The notes below the pieces were generated by a model, which saw only the letters and a list, made by a program, of their open reading frames with translations, did no database searches and was not told the origin of the DNA. The position numbers and the translations under genes were made by a program. 64,000 bases of DNA from Lama guanicoe (Eukaryota), in contig MU053482.1 of NCBI GenBank assembly GCA_013239625.1, positions 3,495,922-3,559,921 on the forward strand, in the 5' to 3' direction. This document shows positions 11,586 to 24,560 of the stretch, piece by piece. Position 1 is the first letter of the stretch, and each line of letters opens with the position of its first letter.

Positions 11586-13521
11586 AGAATAGAGCTTCAT
11601 CATCTTCCAGGACGCTGCACTTTGGGGTTTTTATATCTCATCTTTGCTTTCTGACTGCTGCTTCTCAGGCTCTGGCCTCAGCTCTCTGCTTTTATTTTTA
11701 AACTTTTGGAGAGCTCAGGTACTCATAGCTTCAGTTACCACCTGTATACAGATGATTCCCAAATCAACATTCCCAATTGTCAGCTTTTATTGGTGTCTCA
11801 ATCCTGCACTTCGGTAATTACATAGAATATCTCCTGTAGGAATGAGCACCACAGTAATGGCACCTGAATGCGAAAGTTGCTATCTCCGTGTGGCTTCAAT
11901 ATTCCTTCTGGTCTCTTGGGCTAACTCAAGTGCAGAGATTTCTGTCTCCTAAAGCATTTTGTCATGGGGATCCTGCACTTCTTTAAAATTTCTTTGAGTC
12001 TTCTTTTTTAAATCTTTTTTCCTGAGTTCTCAGTCTGTGCCAGGCACCGTAAGTGTTCCATACGCCTTATTTCCTGTAAGCCTCACAGTGACCCTAAAAG
12101 ACAGATGTTAAAGGTAGATACTAACATCATGTCAATTTTACGGAAGAGAAAACAGTCTTAGAGAAGTGAAATAACTTGCCCAAGTTCACATAGTGCATAC
12201 ATGGCAGAAGGATTCAAACCCACTGACTTCAGAAGCTCAGGTTTTAGCTACTGTTCTTTACTACTGGGTGTAACCCATTTTTGTTTATTCCACACTATCA
12301 TCTCAATCTAAGTTCCAAGTTATTATATCTTAGCTGATCCACTTATGCTGAAACATATTTATTCAGTCTATCTTGTATCTTGCTGTCCTATCAAGCAATT
12401 TAAAATAATATCTTTATTAAGTCTACAGTGCTAGTGCTCAATATTAAGCCCGAGCAGGTCAACACATTGGCCCCCAGTGTTTGGGAATCATTTTAAAGGG
12501 ATGACTTTACCACCCCATTGCTGCAAATGTCTATCTGGGTCTTGGGGAGAGTCAGCTCTGCATACTCCCTACCCCCAGTGTTATCTCGTCAATCGAAGCC
12601 ACCTCCCAACACTGCCCTTCACCCCCAAACCTTCATCACTATGTTCTGTGATCACCGATTTTAGTACAGCTCTTCACAGCCCACCTTCCCCTGTCAGAAC
12701 TCATCTTCACTCACCTCAGGCAAGCCTCCTTTCTGCTGCAGCCATCTCAGGAATCCCCATTTTCCTACTGACAGCTTCTCTGCCATTATCTGCTTTTTCT
12801 TTGAACACTTTCTACCTTACTGAAACCAGAGGAATCCACTTCCTTGACAGCCTTTTTGGCTAGGAGACAGGTTAACATTTTCTTCCCTAGTTGTCAGGTC
12901 CTTTCACACCAATGCTTTACTGCAATCAATCAGTCATCTCTGCTCCTTTAAACTCTTCCATCTGGAAGCCTGGTTTTTCCTAAGCCAGCTGGGCCTAGTA
13001 ACACTACAGATCAAAGGAGTCAAGTTTCTCCTCCTGCAAATGTGAGACTCAAACCTTACCGCTGTCATGTATGATGCAAGGAAAGATCAATCCAGTGTAT
13101 ACAGACAGGGCCGGGGAAATGAAGTGAGAAAGTTCAAGAACAATAGAGATTACTTGTTCCAATCCTGGGAGCCACCCACCTGGTTTTTGGCCAGACAAAC
13201 TAATGGGAAATGACAAAGGCTACCCCGAGGTCAGTTTATCACTCTACTACATGGAAGACAAGAACTATAAGCAGCCAGTCCATAATTATATTTCCCAGAT
13301 TATGTAAAAATAAAAAAAGTCTTTTTATAGACAGTAAATCTGTACTAATTTCATTAGTACAGGATCCAAACAATCCCTCATCTTTATGTTCGATGATCAC
13401 TGATCTCAGCACAGCTCTTTTTGGCCTCTCATTGTATTGGATTGTTATATTTTAAGTCTTGATTTAGAACAGTCTGCCTCCCCTGCTTTTTTCATGCTAT
13501 CAACTTGTTACAAAAACTGGA

Positions 13522-13931
13522 TGTATTAGGATTGAACCAGAGAAACAGAACAAGTAGGAAACATATGCTAAGGTATTGCATATATATGCTGTATATATTG
13601 CAAGGAACTGGCTTACTCAGTTGTGGGGGCTTTGCAAGCAAGTTGGAAATCCGCAGAGCACGCTGTCAGAAAGGGCAGGCTGGAGCTCTTGGGCATGAGC
13701 TGAAACTACGGGGCACAAACAGAATCTCTTCTGGGAAGCCTGTTTTGCTCTTTTGCTCTTAAAGTCTTTCAACTGATTGACTGGGACACACCCAGTTTAT
13801 CAGGATAATCTCCCTTACTAAAGTCAATTGACTGAGGACATTAACTACATGTATAAAATACACACAGCAACACTTGGATTAGTGTTTGATTGAATAATTA
13901 GGTACTGAAGTTTAACACATAAATACTATCA
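13522..13931 (-). mobile_element. ERVL LTR (MLT2-like)
   Basis: 'tgtattagg...ccagagaaacagaac', 'ctttcaactgattgactgggacacacccag...ataatctcccttact' and 'ttagtgtttgattgaata' are MLT2 hallmarks. Confidence 0.75.
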
Positions 13932-13939
13932 TTCTGGGT

Positions 13940-15010
13940 CAATTGTATAGACTATCCCTATATTCTGGGTTTATGTTTTCTTCCGTTTACCTTGTTCCTT
14001 TTTCTCCCCATATTTCCTGTAAATGCAGTTTGGCTTTTGAGGCTTGATTAGTTTCAGGTTCAGCTGTTTTGGCAAGAATACTTCATAGGTTGTGCACACA
14101 GCTTCACGTTGCATCACGTCAGGAAGCCCACAATGTCTGCTTGTCCCACTTTGAGACTAATCATTGGGGTTCCTGTCAATATTTCATCTAATGCTTTTAC
14201 CCATTATGGTGGTAGTCTGAATCCATGTTATTAGGGATTACAAAATGGTGATTTTATAACTATTAGAACTCTTAGTTGCATCACTTCTGCAAAAAACTTT
14301 CCTTATGAACCAGGGTTATCTGGTTACCCTGAAATGCAGTCTGTCCATACAGGAAAGACAGGAGAAATGACAAATTCTTTCCTTTTAAGGAGTTGGCACC
14401 TAGTTATCTGCTGTTTGTATATTAAGTATATTAGCCCTTTGTCTATATTTTAAATTGCAAATGCCTTTTCCCAGCTTATCATTTGTCTTTCAGCTTTGCT
14501 TAATGGGGATTTTTGGCCGTGCAAACCATTTTTATGTAGTCAAATTCATCAAAGTGTGTATATATTCTAGTCTTCATAAAGATACCAATCACATCTTTAT
14601 GCTTATGGATTTTGCATCAAAGTAAGATTTTCCTCACTTCCAGATTATAAAGGAATCTACCAATGTTTTCTTCTAGTAGTTATAAGGTTTCAGTTATTAT
14701 ATTCAAATCTTTGATCCATCTGGAATTTATTCTGGCATATGATGTGAAAAGCAGGTTTGATTCTATCATTTTTCTTAAATGGTCCATTCGTTCCAACACC
14801 ATTTAGTCCATCTTCCCCCCGCCCATTTCATTTGTCCCCTTTTAACATGTATTAAATTTTCACATGTGTTTAGGTCTATTTGTGAGATGTTGATTCTGTT
14901 ACATTGGTCAGTCTTTTCATGTACTAGGACTGCATTGTTTTGATTATAGGGGCTTTATAATATGTTTTTATATCTGGTTGGGATAACCTCTGCCTCTATT
15001 GCTCTTTCTT
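13940..15010 (-). mobile_element. Old L1M fragments (3' UTR and ORF2), antisense
   Basis: T-rich antisense L1 motifs such as 'tctttgatccatctggaatttattctggcatatgatgtga'. Confidence 0.65.
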
Positions 15011-17659
15011 CCCCTAGGGAGAGAACTCATCTGAAGGGAAAAGGAAGCCAGGTCATTATGAATGATTGTATAATAAAGCCTTAGTCATGGGATGGGTAGT
15101 GGGCTGGAGGGAGGTGATTTTAACTAGGTTTTGTCCATGAACCAATTCCCATGGAATCAAGTCCAAGTCTCAGATTCATAGAGATGTTAACAAAAACTGC
15201 AAAAGCTGTCTGCACTAAAAAGTCAGTACACTAGGTTATGGTGAGGACTGCTTTGGTCCATTTCTAATGGAGTTAATCACAAATGGAGAAAGAAGCATTC
15301 ATTCTTTACCTGTCCCACACTTGGGTCACTAGATAAAATACGGGCTGCCCAGTTAAAGTTGAATTTCAGGTAAATAACAAATTTAAAAAAGTATATCCCA
15401 AATATTACTTCACACAAATATATAGGACATATTTACACCAATGTATTAGTGGCAGGGCCTGCAGAATTTTGTGGTTGCTGGGGAAAAGCAGCAGTTCCGG
15501 TGGACAAGATGTCCTCTGAAGGAGCAGCTTTGTTGGTTGGTAGGTGCAGTGGAGAATGTCACCAGCAGAATCTTGTGGGTGTGGCAGTTCCCGGAGGAAA
15601 TGGAAGCAGTGTTTAGCAGTAGGGACAGTGTGCCTGGTATATTGATTGATACCTAGAGGAAATAGTCATGATGCTTAGTGGGAAAAGAGAGAAACAAGCA
15701 GAAGTGGCCAGTGTGCCTAATGGAAGATACGACAGCACTCACTGGAGCAGAATTATACCAAAGACAATGGGAAAATACTTAACGCCATGTGGAAAGTGAC
15801 CATACTTGCTTGTGAGCACATTTGTGTTGCCTGCTTCTGAATAAACCTGGAGGGTTGCAATTTTTCAAGGGAGCAGGATTCTGCTTCAACAGATTTAGAG
15901 AAGTGCAGATTACACTGGTGCTTCCCAAGCTATCGTTCTGGGAAGAGAAAGAATAAAGGAAGTACAGATGGTGTAACAAGGATAATGATCTCTGCTCTTA
16001 CCCAGACTTCATTGATATCAACCAGTAATCCCCAGTGCAAGGCTTTATATGGAAACTGCTTTGGGCATAGGGTTTAGGACTGGATGCCTAAATACTACCC
16101 AGAAAGAGAAGGATGCAACGGGAACCACAAGCCCACCTATCTAACCATATATATGGAGTGGAAGTGATGGATGAGGCTGGCTCCTCTGCCTCAAAGGACC
16201 AAGCCCTGCCAGAGTCTGAGGCAGGAGGTAGACAACTGAGTGCCATGAATAAGTACTGAGCAGAATAACTCCACCCATAAGTAAAATAAGGCCAAGTAGA
16301 TGTCCTGGCCTTTATCAATCTGGTTATCAAAGACCTTTTCCACAAGGGGATGTTGAAAAGGGGACATACAGAGGTGGGGGCAAGGATGGGAAAATCCTCT
16401 TGCTTCCATTAAAGTCTGAAGCATTCCCCAGCTCCAGTTGCCACCACATGACATTCTCCACCCTTGCAGATGGCAGCCACCCAGCTTACTCACTGAAATA
16501 TTATTGTGTCACTTTCACTGAGCATTTTAGGGCTTTGAGCTACCTGCACTCGGGTTTCAGACACAGGTCAAGATCACCCACAGACAAAGCCCTATTTCCA
16601 TCCAAACTGGCATCAGGCTTGCCTCTTACCTCTGCCTAGATACTAGTCAGTACCTATGGGGAGTTCACATCTTCTCTGATGTCTATGGGTGGTGTATGTC
16701 TTATCCCACCCTCCCTTCCAGACTTATAACTCAAACATAGTTTCCATGCTGGATCTTTTAGATTTAGACATCTCCTCCTCCATGAAGTTCCACTTGATAG
16801 TATGTCTTTAAATAGAACAATTTTAAGAAATCTACTCATGGAGAAAATATGGTGTGATTTTGAGATATTTTACTATGATACTGTAGTTTTATGTGATTTG
16901 TAACATCTAAGTCTTTATTATTACTATTATTTAGTTTAAGCTTTTGAGGAAATGATAATCTTCACAGGTAAAAGAATTTTCACAATGGAGTGTTCTATTA
17001 TGTGATTTGGTATTCATAGAGACTGTCTTTTGTAATTGATTTTATCTTTTTTTATCACAAAAGAATGTCTTCAACTTATTTGAAGACAAAACTCAAAACA
17101 AAATGACAACAATAATTGGAGTAGTTTAAAAAAAAAGTCTGGAGATGTCCCCTAATTTCTAGAAAATGTTAGAATTTAGTATGCAGAATTCCAGATTGCC
17201 AAGAAAGCATCTAGCCTTCAAAGACTAAAATAAAAATCTAGAGACCAAGGAGCCAAATTTTGCTGATATTTGTTGTTTTTGTGGTTGCTGTGGGTGCTTG
17301 CCTTTCTTTAACTTGACCACAATCCAAAGCACTCTGCAGTTTCCCTGTTAAAATAAATATTAAAATAAGATTACTCACAGAGGTGGGTCAATGGCCAACT
17401 CACAGAGTAAAGTTCAAGTATAATAAATAGCCTTTACATATTCTTCTGGCTTGCTCACAATTGCATTCTATACCAATAGAAAGTCATCAGGAAGAACAAT
17501 ATTTGGGTGGTTAGGAACAATTGGCCCTATATTGAATGATCTTAACACTCCATACAGATAGCTGGATTAAGGTATGACTTGGAGGTCATGAAATCAGAAG
17601 GAATTCATTCATTCAACGTTACTGAGATCTAGCTATATGTTTGCTAACTCTGCATATAC

Positions 17660-18290
17660 TACGGGAGTGCATGTATATATCCCTCGGGTCCAGGCACAGA
17701 ACCCCTAAAACCCCTGAAATCTCCTAAGTGATAAAAGCACTAGGAACATCTTTTGTTCTAATACTTAGTTTTTGACCCTGGTTCCTAACACAGCAGTTCT
17801 AAATCCCTTGGAATTTTCTCCTGGGTGATAGCAGTGTCTTTTGTTCTAGTGAGGTGACTCTTGGTAGACTTCCAGCTGGTGGCTGGTCACTAGAAAGGCC
17901 AAGTCATGATCAGAAGCTTGGATCTTTCAGCTCCACCCTTCATTCTTCAGAGAGGGAATAGGGGCTGGAAATGGACTTAATGAACAATCATGTCTATGTG
18001 TTGAAGCCTCTGTAAAAATCCCTGAAGTACAGGATTCAGAGAGCTTCCAGACTGGCCAACAGCAAACAAGGAACAAAATCCTGCCAACAACTACAAGAAT
18101 GAACTTGAAAGTGATTCCTCCCCTAGTGGAGCCTTGAAAAGAATACAGTCCTGGCTGACACGTTGACTGCAGCTTTGTGAAGGCCCCGAAGCAGCTGGCC
18201 ACACCCTGATCCACAATTCCAGATAATATGTGTTATTACAAGCCATTAAATTTTGGAGTAATCTATTATATAGCAACAGATGACTAACAC
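17660..18290 (+). mobile_element. MER21-like LTR fragment abutting an MLT1-like LTR 3' half
   Basis: 'cccctaaaacccctgaaatctcctaagtgata...aaatcccttggaatt...ggtgactcttgg' (MER21-like) switches near 18050 to 'ctggctgacacgttgactgcagctttgtga...aagccattaaattttggagtaatctattatatagcaacagatgactaacaca' (MLT1 end). Confidence 0.65.
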
Positions 18291-19450
18291 AATTGGAAGC
18301 AAAGCAAAGGAAATTGAAACAGAAGGAACAGTACTTTCAAAGATGAGAGAGCATAATACTATTACGTTCTGGAATGGCAAGTGATCTTGGGCAGTTATAT
18401 CATGGAGCATCCTTGCAGGAATGACTGGAGATAAGATTTGAGATAAGGATTGGAGGCCAAGTTGTAAAATGTGTTCAACAATCATTTGTATCAGTCAGGG
18501 TTCCCTCGCAGCAAACAGAAACCTCTCCAATTATTTTAAACAGAAAAAACTTAGCATGGGGAATTAGGTACTTACAACATTGTTGAAAGGGCTTGGAACC
18601 TAAGTCTGAAAGCTACTAGGACTGTAATTGCCTCTCACAACCCATGAAGCTAGGCTAGCTGCTGGAGCCGTGCTGCAGAGAAGCCCAGCATCTCCGTCAT
18701 CATGCCTGCCTGCAGTAATAGCTGAAGCAGGGTACAGCTGGTCACGCCTCCCTTCCACTTCTCCCTCCTCTGGCCGGGTATTAATTGGCAGAACCTAATT
18801 TGTATCCAGAAGCCTAGCTGTAGGGAATCTGGGAAAAGTAGTGTTAGTCTTCCCTCCTCTATTGTTTAGAAAGACACACATTTGAAATAGGTGCTGAATC
18901 ATATCACACCACATCTGCTCAGGAGAGAAGTGTGTTGGCATTTGCTTCTGGAAGAAGTGGGAACCCTCAAGGGGCCGAAGAATGACATAATAATCTGTAT
19001 AATCTGTATTGGAGAAAATTCACTTTGGTCAGATAAAAGAATAGCCTGTAGACGTGGCAGAGAGGCTGTTGGGACTGCAAACAGGGAGAGGAGTGGCACA
19101 GGTGAAATGTGATGAGAGTCGGAACTCAGTCCTGGGAAACAGCAGGAAGAGGCCAGAGACTGTAAGACAAAGTCCTAAATAGAGTCCATTCCAACTCGGT
19201 TCATATCTAGTGCCATCATTCAAGACCTATGTCCCTTAATTCATGCACCCTGGAAGATATTGTGCTGGGGGCTGTATTTTCTTATTGTATTATCCAGTTT
19301 AACTGTTCTTTATCCTTTGTCAAGCTTAGATCTTTGTGGTTCAGGCTTGGAGTGATGCTGAAGTGAAAAACAGTACAGCAACCAAAATTAACTTCAAAAT
19401 AGTCATTTTCTTGCATTTCTCAAAAACCATGAAAGCTATTTAAGTACATA

Positions 19451-20044
19451 TGTTAGCAGATAGAGAGAGACCACCCCCTCTCCCCCAGCTGGAAAGCCAA
19501 CCAAACACACGGGTCCTTGCCCGGCAGTTGAGAAAGAATTCTCAGCAGAGGCAGAGGGACAAAGTGAAAGGCTGCTTTATTGCTCAAAAGAAGAAAGGGC
19601 GGGGAAAATAGTGGTCGAGCGGTGGGGGGTTGAGGGAGAGGAAGGTAGAGACAGCTCCACGTCCCAGTCCGGCCACAGGGCCTTTTATTGGGAGGGCCTC
19701 CTTCCCTTTCCTTCCCTTTCCTTCCCTTCCCTTTCCTTCCCTTCCCTTTCCTTTCCTTTCCTTTTCCTTCCTTCCTTCCTTCCTTCCTTCCTTCCTTCCT
19801 TCCTTCATTTCCTTTCTTCCATAATGATGAAAGTTACACACTTTCATCAGTGTGTTTGTAATTGACACCTGGGCTGTTTAGCAATTGTATTTGGCTAGGC
19901 AGAGTTTTCCTTTTTCCTTATTCCTCCTCCTAAGTAGGGCATATACCTTTCTACATTAAGAGAAGATGGTAGTATCCATTTGCATGGGAGATGCTCACAG
20001 ATGGGAGACCTAGTATGGAAGACCTGAGTGTTTTCCAGCTAACA
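19451..20044 (-). mobile_element. Solo ERV1-type LTR with internal pyrimidine microsatellite
   Basis: Terminal inverted repeats TGTTAGC...GCTAACA, near-TSD cata/caca, and minus-strand AATAAA at 19576-19581. Confidence 0.7.
19700..19820. repeat. (TTCCC/TTTCC)n-(TTCC)n microsatellite
   Basis: Directly visible. Confidence 0.95.
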
Positions 20045-20934
20045 CACACAGAAGGAAGACCACCACTTACACTCCCCTCTCTTTCTTCTTTACTCCCTGA
20101 GAACTGGTTGAGGCTGATAAAGCTTAAGAATTGACAAACCAGAGTTTTAATCTCATAGACTCAGGGCCAGGCAGGTTGTAAATGAATGAAATAGGCTAGG
20201 TATGGGAAAAGGGGCAGGGGGGCAATAGTACTATAGGATCCATAGAAATGGCACCTTTACTTTGGTATGAGGGTGCAATAGCGAGTGGTGAGGACTGTGG
20301 TCAAGTGGAGAGATCATCGCCTATTTAAAGCAGACAGCCACCTCTCAGCATCAGAAAATTATGGCCATGAGGGAATATGGGTTCTCTATCTTCAGATCTT
20401 GCCATTTTTCAAGGGAACAGAAATATAAATATGTGAAATCTCTTGATGTTTAATTCTTGGCAATTAAAACAAATGTTAAGACAATACTCTGTGGGCCAAC
20501 CATAAGAGACTATGCCAACAGGGTACAGCTTCTGAGCTGAAAGGACCATAGAACTGTGGGATTACTGGTGAGGGGAAGAAGATATTAGCAGTCTGACAGG
20601 GAAGGACTAGAGAGAGGGAGAGGGAAAGCTAGGGAAAAAGGCCAAATGAGCCAACCTGAATCTCCGGTTCTCTGTGAGCTCTGAAACAGATTGGAATGTA
20701 GGACCTGAATCCTAGGTAAAGAACTGAATTATGTGTGTATACTTGACCTCCTTAAAATAAGACCATCTGAAGCAAGAGAGCCCCACATGGTGATGTCTGT
20801 ACTATTGGGTTTACGGATGTATTGCAACAACCAGAGTTGCCTCTCACTTTTGCAAACAGTGGATTACTTCAATTTTGCATGAACGGTATAACGCACCTAT
20901 GTAAATAAGAGGGCAAAGAAATTTTCTAAATGCT

Positions 20935-20940
20935 TTTATT
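20935..20940 (-). terminator. LYVE1: Likely LYVE1 polyadenylation signal (AATAAA)
   Basis: tttatt on the + strand about 1.2 kb after the LYVE1 stop codon; additional candidates at 21299-21304 and 21333-21338. Confidence 0.6.
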
Positions 20941-22153
20941 TTTTCGGCACAAATATTTTTGCCCCTTTCAGGCCCCTTTGCTTGGAGAAAGGAGAGTTAG
21001 TGATGTACTTGGTAATGACATTTTGAAAAATGTGCTTTGGTCTATAGAGGCAATGATGTACTTTTTAGGTATGTTGAAAATAAATTAAGGTATAGTGGTT
21101 GCCATGTTAATGAGAAAATAATGAGGTTAGTCTCAGCAAAAAAAAAAAAAGGTTTTGGAAGTGGATAAGTTGCAGATATTAATACTGAAAAATCTTATCT
21201 TCATACATTCTACCATATGCAATTTTTGATGAATAATCATCAATTCCAGAACGTAATAACTTGCACGGTCCTGCCATGGAGTAGGCATTCAGCAAATGTT
21301 TATTAAATTTTACTGCTTCTTAACACAGTAATTTTATTCAGTAATGATTTCTGTAACTCAGATAAAAATAGAAATTTGTAAGAGATTTTGGGGGGGGCAT
21401 TTCTTGTAAAAGTATATTCTTCTAGAGAAAATAGCAGTGGGGGAGAGAGAAAAGTATGTATGTGTAGGTTCTATAAAGTGATTCCAACTCAAATTATTCA
21501 AAGATGAATACTTTGGCCCTGTCTGTAGTTACAGTCCCTACTGACAAGATGCTGTCGATAGCCTCAGCCTCATTCTTTTTCTCTGCTTATTTTGGCTTTG
21601 CAGAGATTGGGGCTCAAGTCATGAGAATCTTCCTGGCCTTCAGTTGCTAAACTTCTCCTTCCTTCTTTTGCTCTTGCCTCAGAAGGACCTGCCAGGTGGT
21701 GTTTCCTTTCCAGAGCTGAAGAAAGGATCTGAGCTGTAGAATCAATCAACAGACAAAGCCTTGATCCAATGGTTTCCTAGCTCTCAACTCACCGGTTCTC
21801 AGCCAGCCTGAAGTCCTCTTGACAAACATGTTCTGATTAGCTCTTTTAGGTCCTGCTGCTTTGCACAAGCTCCTTTCTCCCACCAGAATATTATTAGGAC
21901 ATAACCAGGCTAGAGAGGCTGTGGGAAGCTTTGGAGGTAGGAGGATAGGGTCCAGAAAGGACTGCAATAAGAAAAAGGGATTTCCCTTTGGTGAGCTCCA
22001 GAGTCCAAAGGTAGCCTGGAGCTGACTTCAATTAGCCACCAAGGGTGGACTTTCTAGTTTGGTTCTTTGGCCCTTTTAGGCTCCCGCCCTGGGGCCAGGA
22101 CGTGTATCAGGAAGGAAATCAGCCTCAGGTATGTCTTCTCATTTCTTTCTCAC

Positions 22154-22340
22154 CTAAACTTCAGCTTCCAGGTATCGCACTGTGGTTTTGGGTGGACTCT
22201 TCGGCTCTTCCAGCTTTTTATCGATTTTCGTTGATTCAGCATTCAGATTGCCATCATCAGCCTTCTCCTCCTCCACTGCTTTTGTTTCAATCATTTCCTT
22301 CTGCTGATTCTTGTTTGTAAAGGGGAAGGCCTTCACATAC
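22154..22340 (-). CDS. LYVE1: LYVE1 coding exon 6 (cytoplasmic tail, stop)
   Basis: Acceptor cag|GTAT at 22341; encodes (R)[20 protein letters not shown]...[11 protein letters not shown]. Confidence 0.97.
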
Positions 22341-22897
22341 CTGTAGGCATAAACATGCAAGTAAAGTGAGAGACTTCTATGTAACTCTATGTAACCCATG
22401 GACTAGTAGATTAACACTTAGTCTGTGATGGCCCACAGTGACGGAGTATGCTGGGAACCTTTATTTCAGAGAGATGCTAACCCAGGCATGCTCAAATGCC
22501 TTAACACAGCCTCACAGGAATGGATTCATTTATATGGGACCGTAAGTTTGCAGGCCAAACTTTAGGCTGACCTCACAACCCTCTCATCAAAAACAAAGAA
22601 CTGAAAATCGAATAAAGCATATATGTTTTCCCCTAGATGTCAATCTTTTCTTCTTACTTCTTAATATTCAAAGGGACAGCCATTGACCTACATCTAAAGG
22701 CTGGATAACATACATGCGCTGAAATAGTAGGAAAGATTGGGTGATAGGGAGGACAGGTGAGGGGAGGGAGAAAATCTACAGTATAAGAGGACTGCCAGCT
22801 CCATTTTGACGGAGGGGATGCTAAGAACAACCTTGGCTAAATGCAAGATACGGATATGACAAAGATGACAAGACTCACAGTGTACCAACAACCCTAC

Positions 22898-22976
22898 CTT
22901 CTGATGTAGCAAACTGCTAGGCCAGCGGCAGCAGCAAAGAAGAGGAGGGCGAGTACCAGCAGGGTCGTGGGAACAC
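22898..22976 (-). CDS. LYVE1: LYVE1 coding exon 5 (transmembrane helix)
   Basis: 79 nt with ag/gt boundaries; [26 protein letters not shown](R). Confidence 0.96.
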
Positions 22977-23559
22977 CTGGGGGAGACAGAGACAGGGCCT
23001 GTTGGTCCCTCACTTAGACACGGTTGTGCACTGCTCTCCTAACACATCATCCTTCCGCAGGATGGAGACTGCAGACAGTGAAGGAAAAGAGTCTACTCTG
23101 GGGCCACACAGGGGCCTCTTAGGGTGTTGGGCGCACATGAGCTTCTTTGCTTCTTGCCTGTAGAATCCTTGACCTTGTTTGCCTCTCACTCTCTCTGTTT
23201 TAGAAATTGCAACACAACAGAATCCACTTCCTCTTTGTGGCTTTGAGATAAGTTTTGAGCTCATTAAGACTCCTCCTTTAAATAGGAAAACAAACCTACT
23301 GATCATAGGCACTTAAGATTCTATTTTTTAAAAACTTCTATATATTAATAGATAGTAGTTTACTTGTAAGAGTCTTTGCATTTTAAAGAGTGAAGCTTTT
23401 TTTTTTACACTCATGATTTTTAATCATTAAGATTCTTTAGAGACCTCAAGTCCTATGATTTATGAAGGTTGAGTTTACATTAAGCTTTTATTTGTACTTG
23501 GCAGGTCCTGAGTGCCCAATCTGGATATAGGCTAATTTTGCCTGTTATACATAAATACA

Positions 23560-23560
23560 C

Positions 23561-23592
<32 letters not shown>

Positions 23593-23620
23593 TACACACA
23601 CACACAAACACATACACATA
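23560..23620. repeat. Interrupted (CA)n/(TG)n microsatellite
   Basis: Directly visible, about 20 nt into LYVE1 intron 4. Confidence 0.95.
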
Positions 23621-23640
23621 ATGCAGACAGAAAGTTTTAC

Positions 23641-23952
23641 CTCCAAACCCGAGAGCTTCATTCTTGAACGCTACTCTATTTTCAATATATAATTCAGTTT
23701 TTGTAGACATGCTGCTAGTTTCCATAAAAGCTTCTGTTATGCAAATTAAATTTCTTTTCCGTGGAGTAGAAGTGGAAGCCAGAGCAGGAACAGGAGACAC
23801 AGTCTGTGTAACAGAGTAAGGTCCCTCAGCAGAGGATGCTGAGTATGTGCTGTCTCTGACAGTCATTTCTGTTGTGTGTGTTGCCATTTCAGTGCTGAAT
23901 ATGGGATCATTGGTGGTGATAACCTCTGGTTGGCATGAGTTAATCCAAATAT
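23641..23952 (-). CDS. LYVE1: LYVE1 coding exon 4 (Ser/Thr-rich stalk)
   Basis: 312 nt, phase 1-1, ag/gt boundaries; [10 protein letters not shown]...[15 protein letters not shown]...[10 protein letters not shown]. Confidence 0.96.
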
Positions 23953-23999
23953 CTGTCAGGGGAGGGAAATAATGAAATAGCAAGTAAGTATTGCAACAG

Positions 24000-24560
24000 C
24001 CTCATAACTGGTCTTCCTCTCCTCCAGCCCCCTTGTACTGCAGCTGGAATGGTCTTACAAAAATGCAAATCTAGCCATATTATTCCTTTAGAATCTTTCT
24101 CAGTGACTGCCTCTACTGCATGGCCTATAAGGCCCTCCATGTTCTGGCCTCTGCTGACATGGCCAGCCTCACCTGATAGGTCTTTCCCTCGTTCCTCTGG
24201 CCATACTGAAACTCCCCTTCAGTTCTCTGATGTGCTTTCTCTCACACCCAAGCCTTTGATCATGATGTTTTCTTCACCTGTGAGACTCTTTGCCTTCTCT
24301 TTATTTAGCTCTTACATGTCCTTCGGGGCTCAGACTGAGCATCTCTGTCCTAAGCAGACTTGATAACTAGACTGGGTCCCTAGACAAGTGTTCTTGCCCC
24401 TCCTTGTTCTTTCCTTGTCATGATTCGTTATACTGCTCCCCACTGGACTGGGAGCTACTTGGAGGCAGGATCCCTGTCTATTTTGGTCATCAAAGTATGT
24501 GCACTGGCCCTGGCACATAGTACATACTCAAAAAATATCTGATGAATGAAGGAGGGAAGG
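24000..24560 (+). mobile_element. L2 LINE 3' remnant
   Basis: Ends in 'cctggcacatagtacatactcaaaaaatatctgatgaatgaa', the L2 3' terminus. Confidence 0.7.

Noticed and set aside
15060..15980. Possible ancient Gypsy-like LTR with a MER33-like insertion
   Set aside because: The terminal 'gtgtaaca' and AATAAA are suggestive, but I could not fix the boundaries or a TSD; it needs a Dfam search.
19584..19868. Lys/Glu/Gly/Arg- and Phe/Pro/Ser-repeat ORFs
   Set aside because: These are translations of the (TTCC)n microsatellite.
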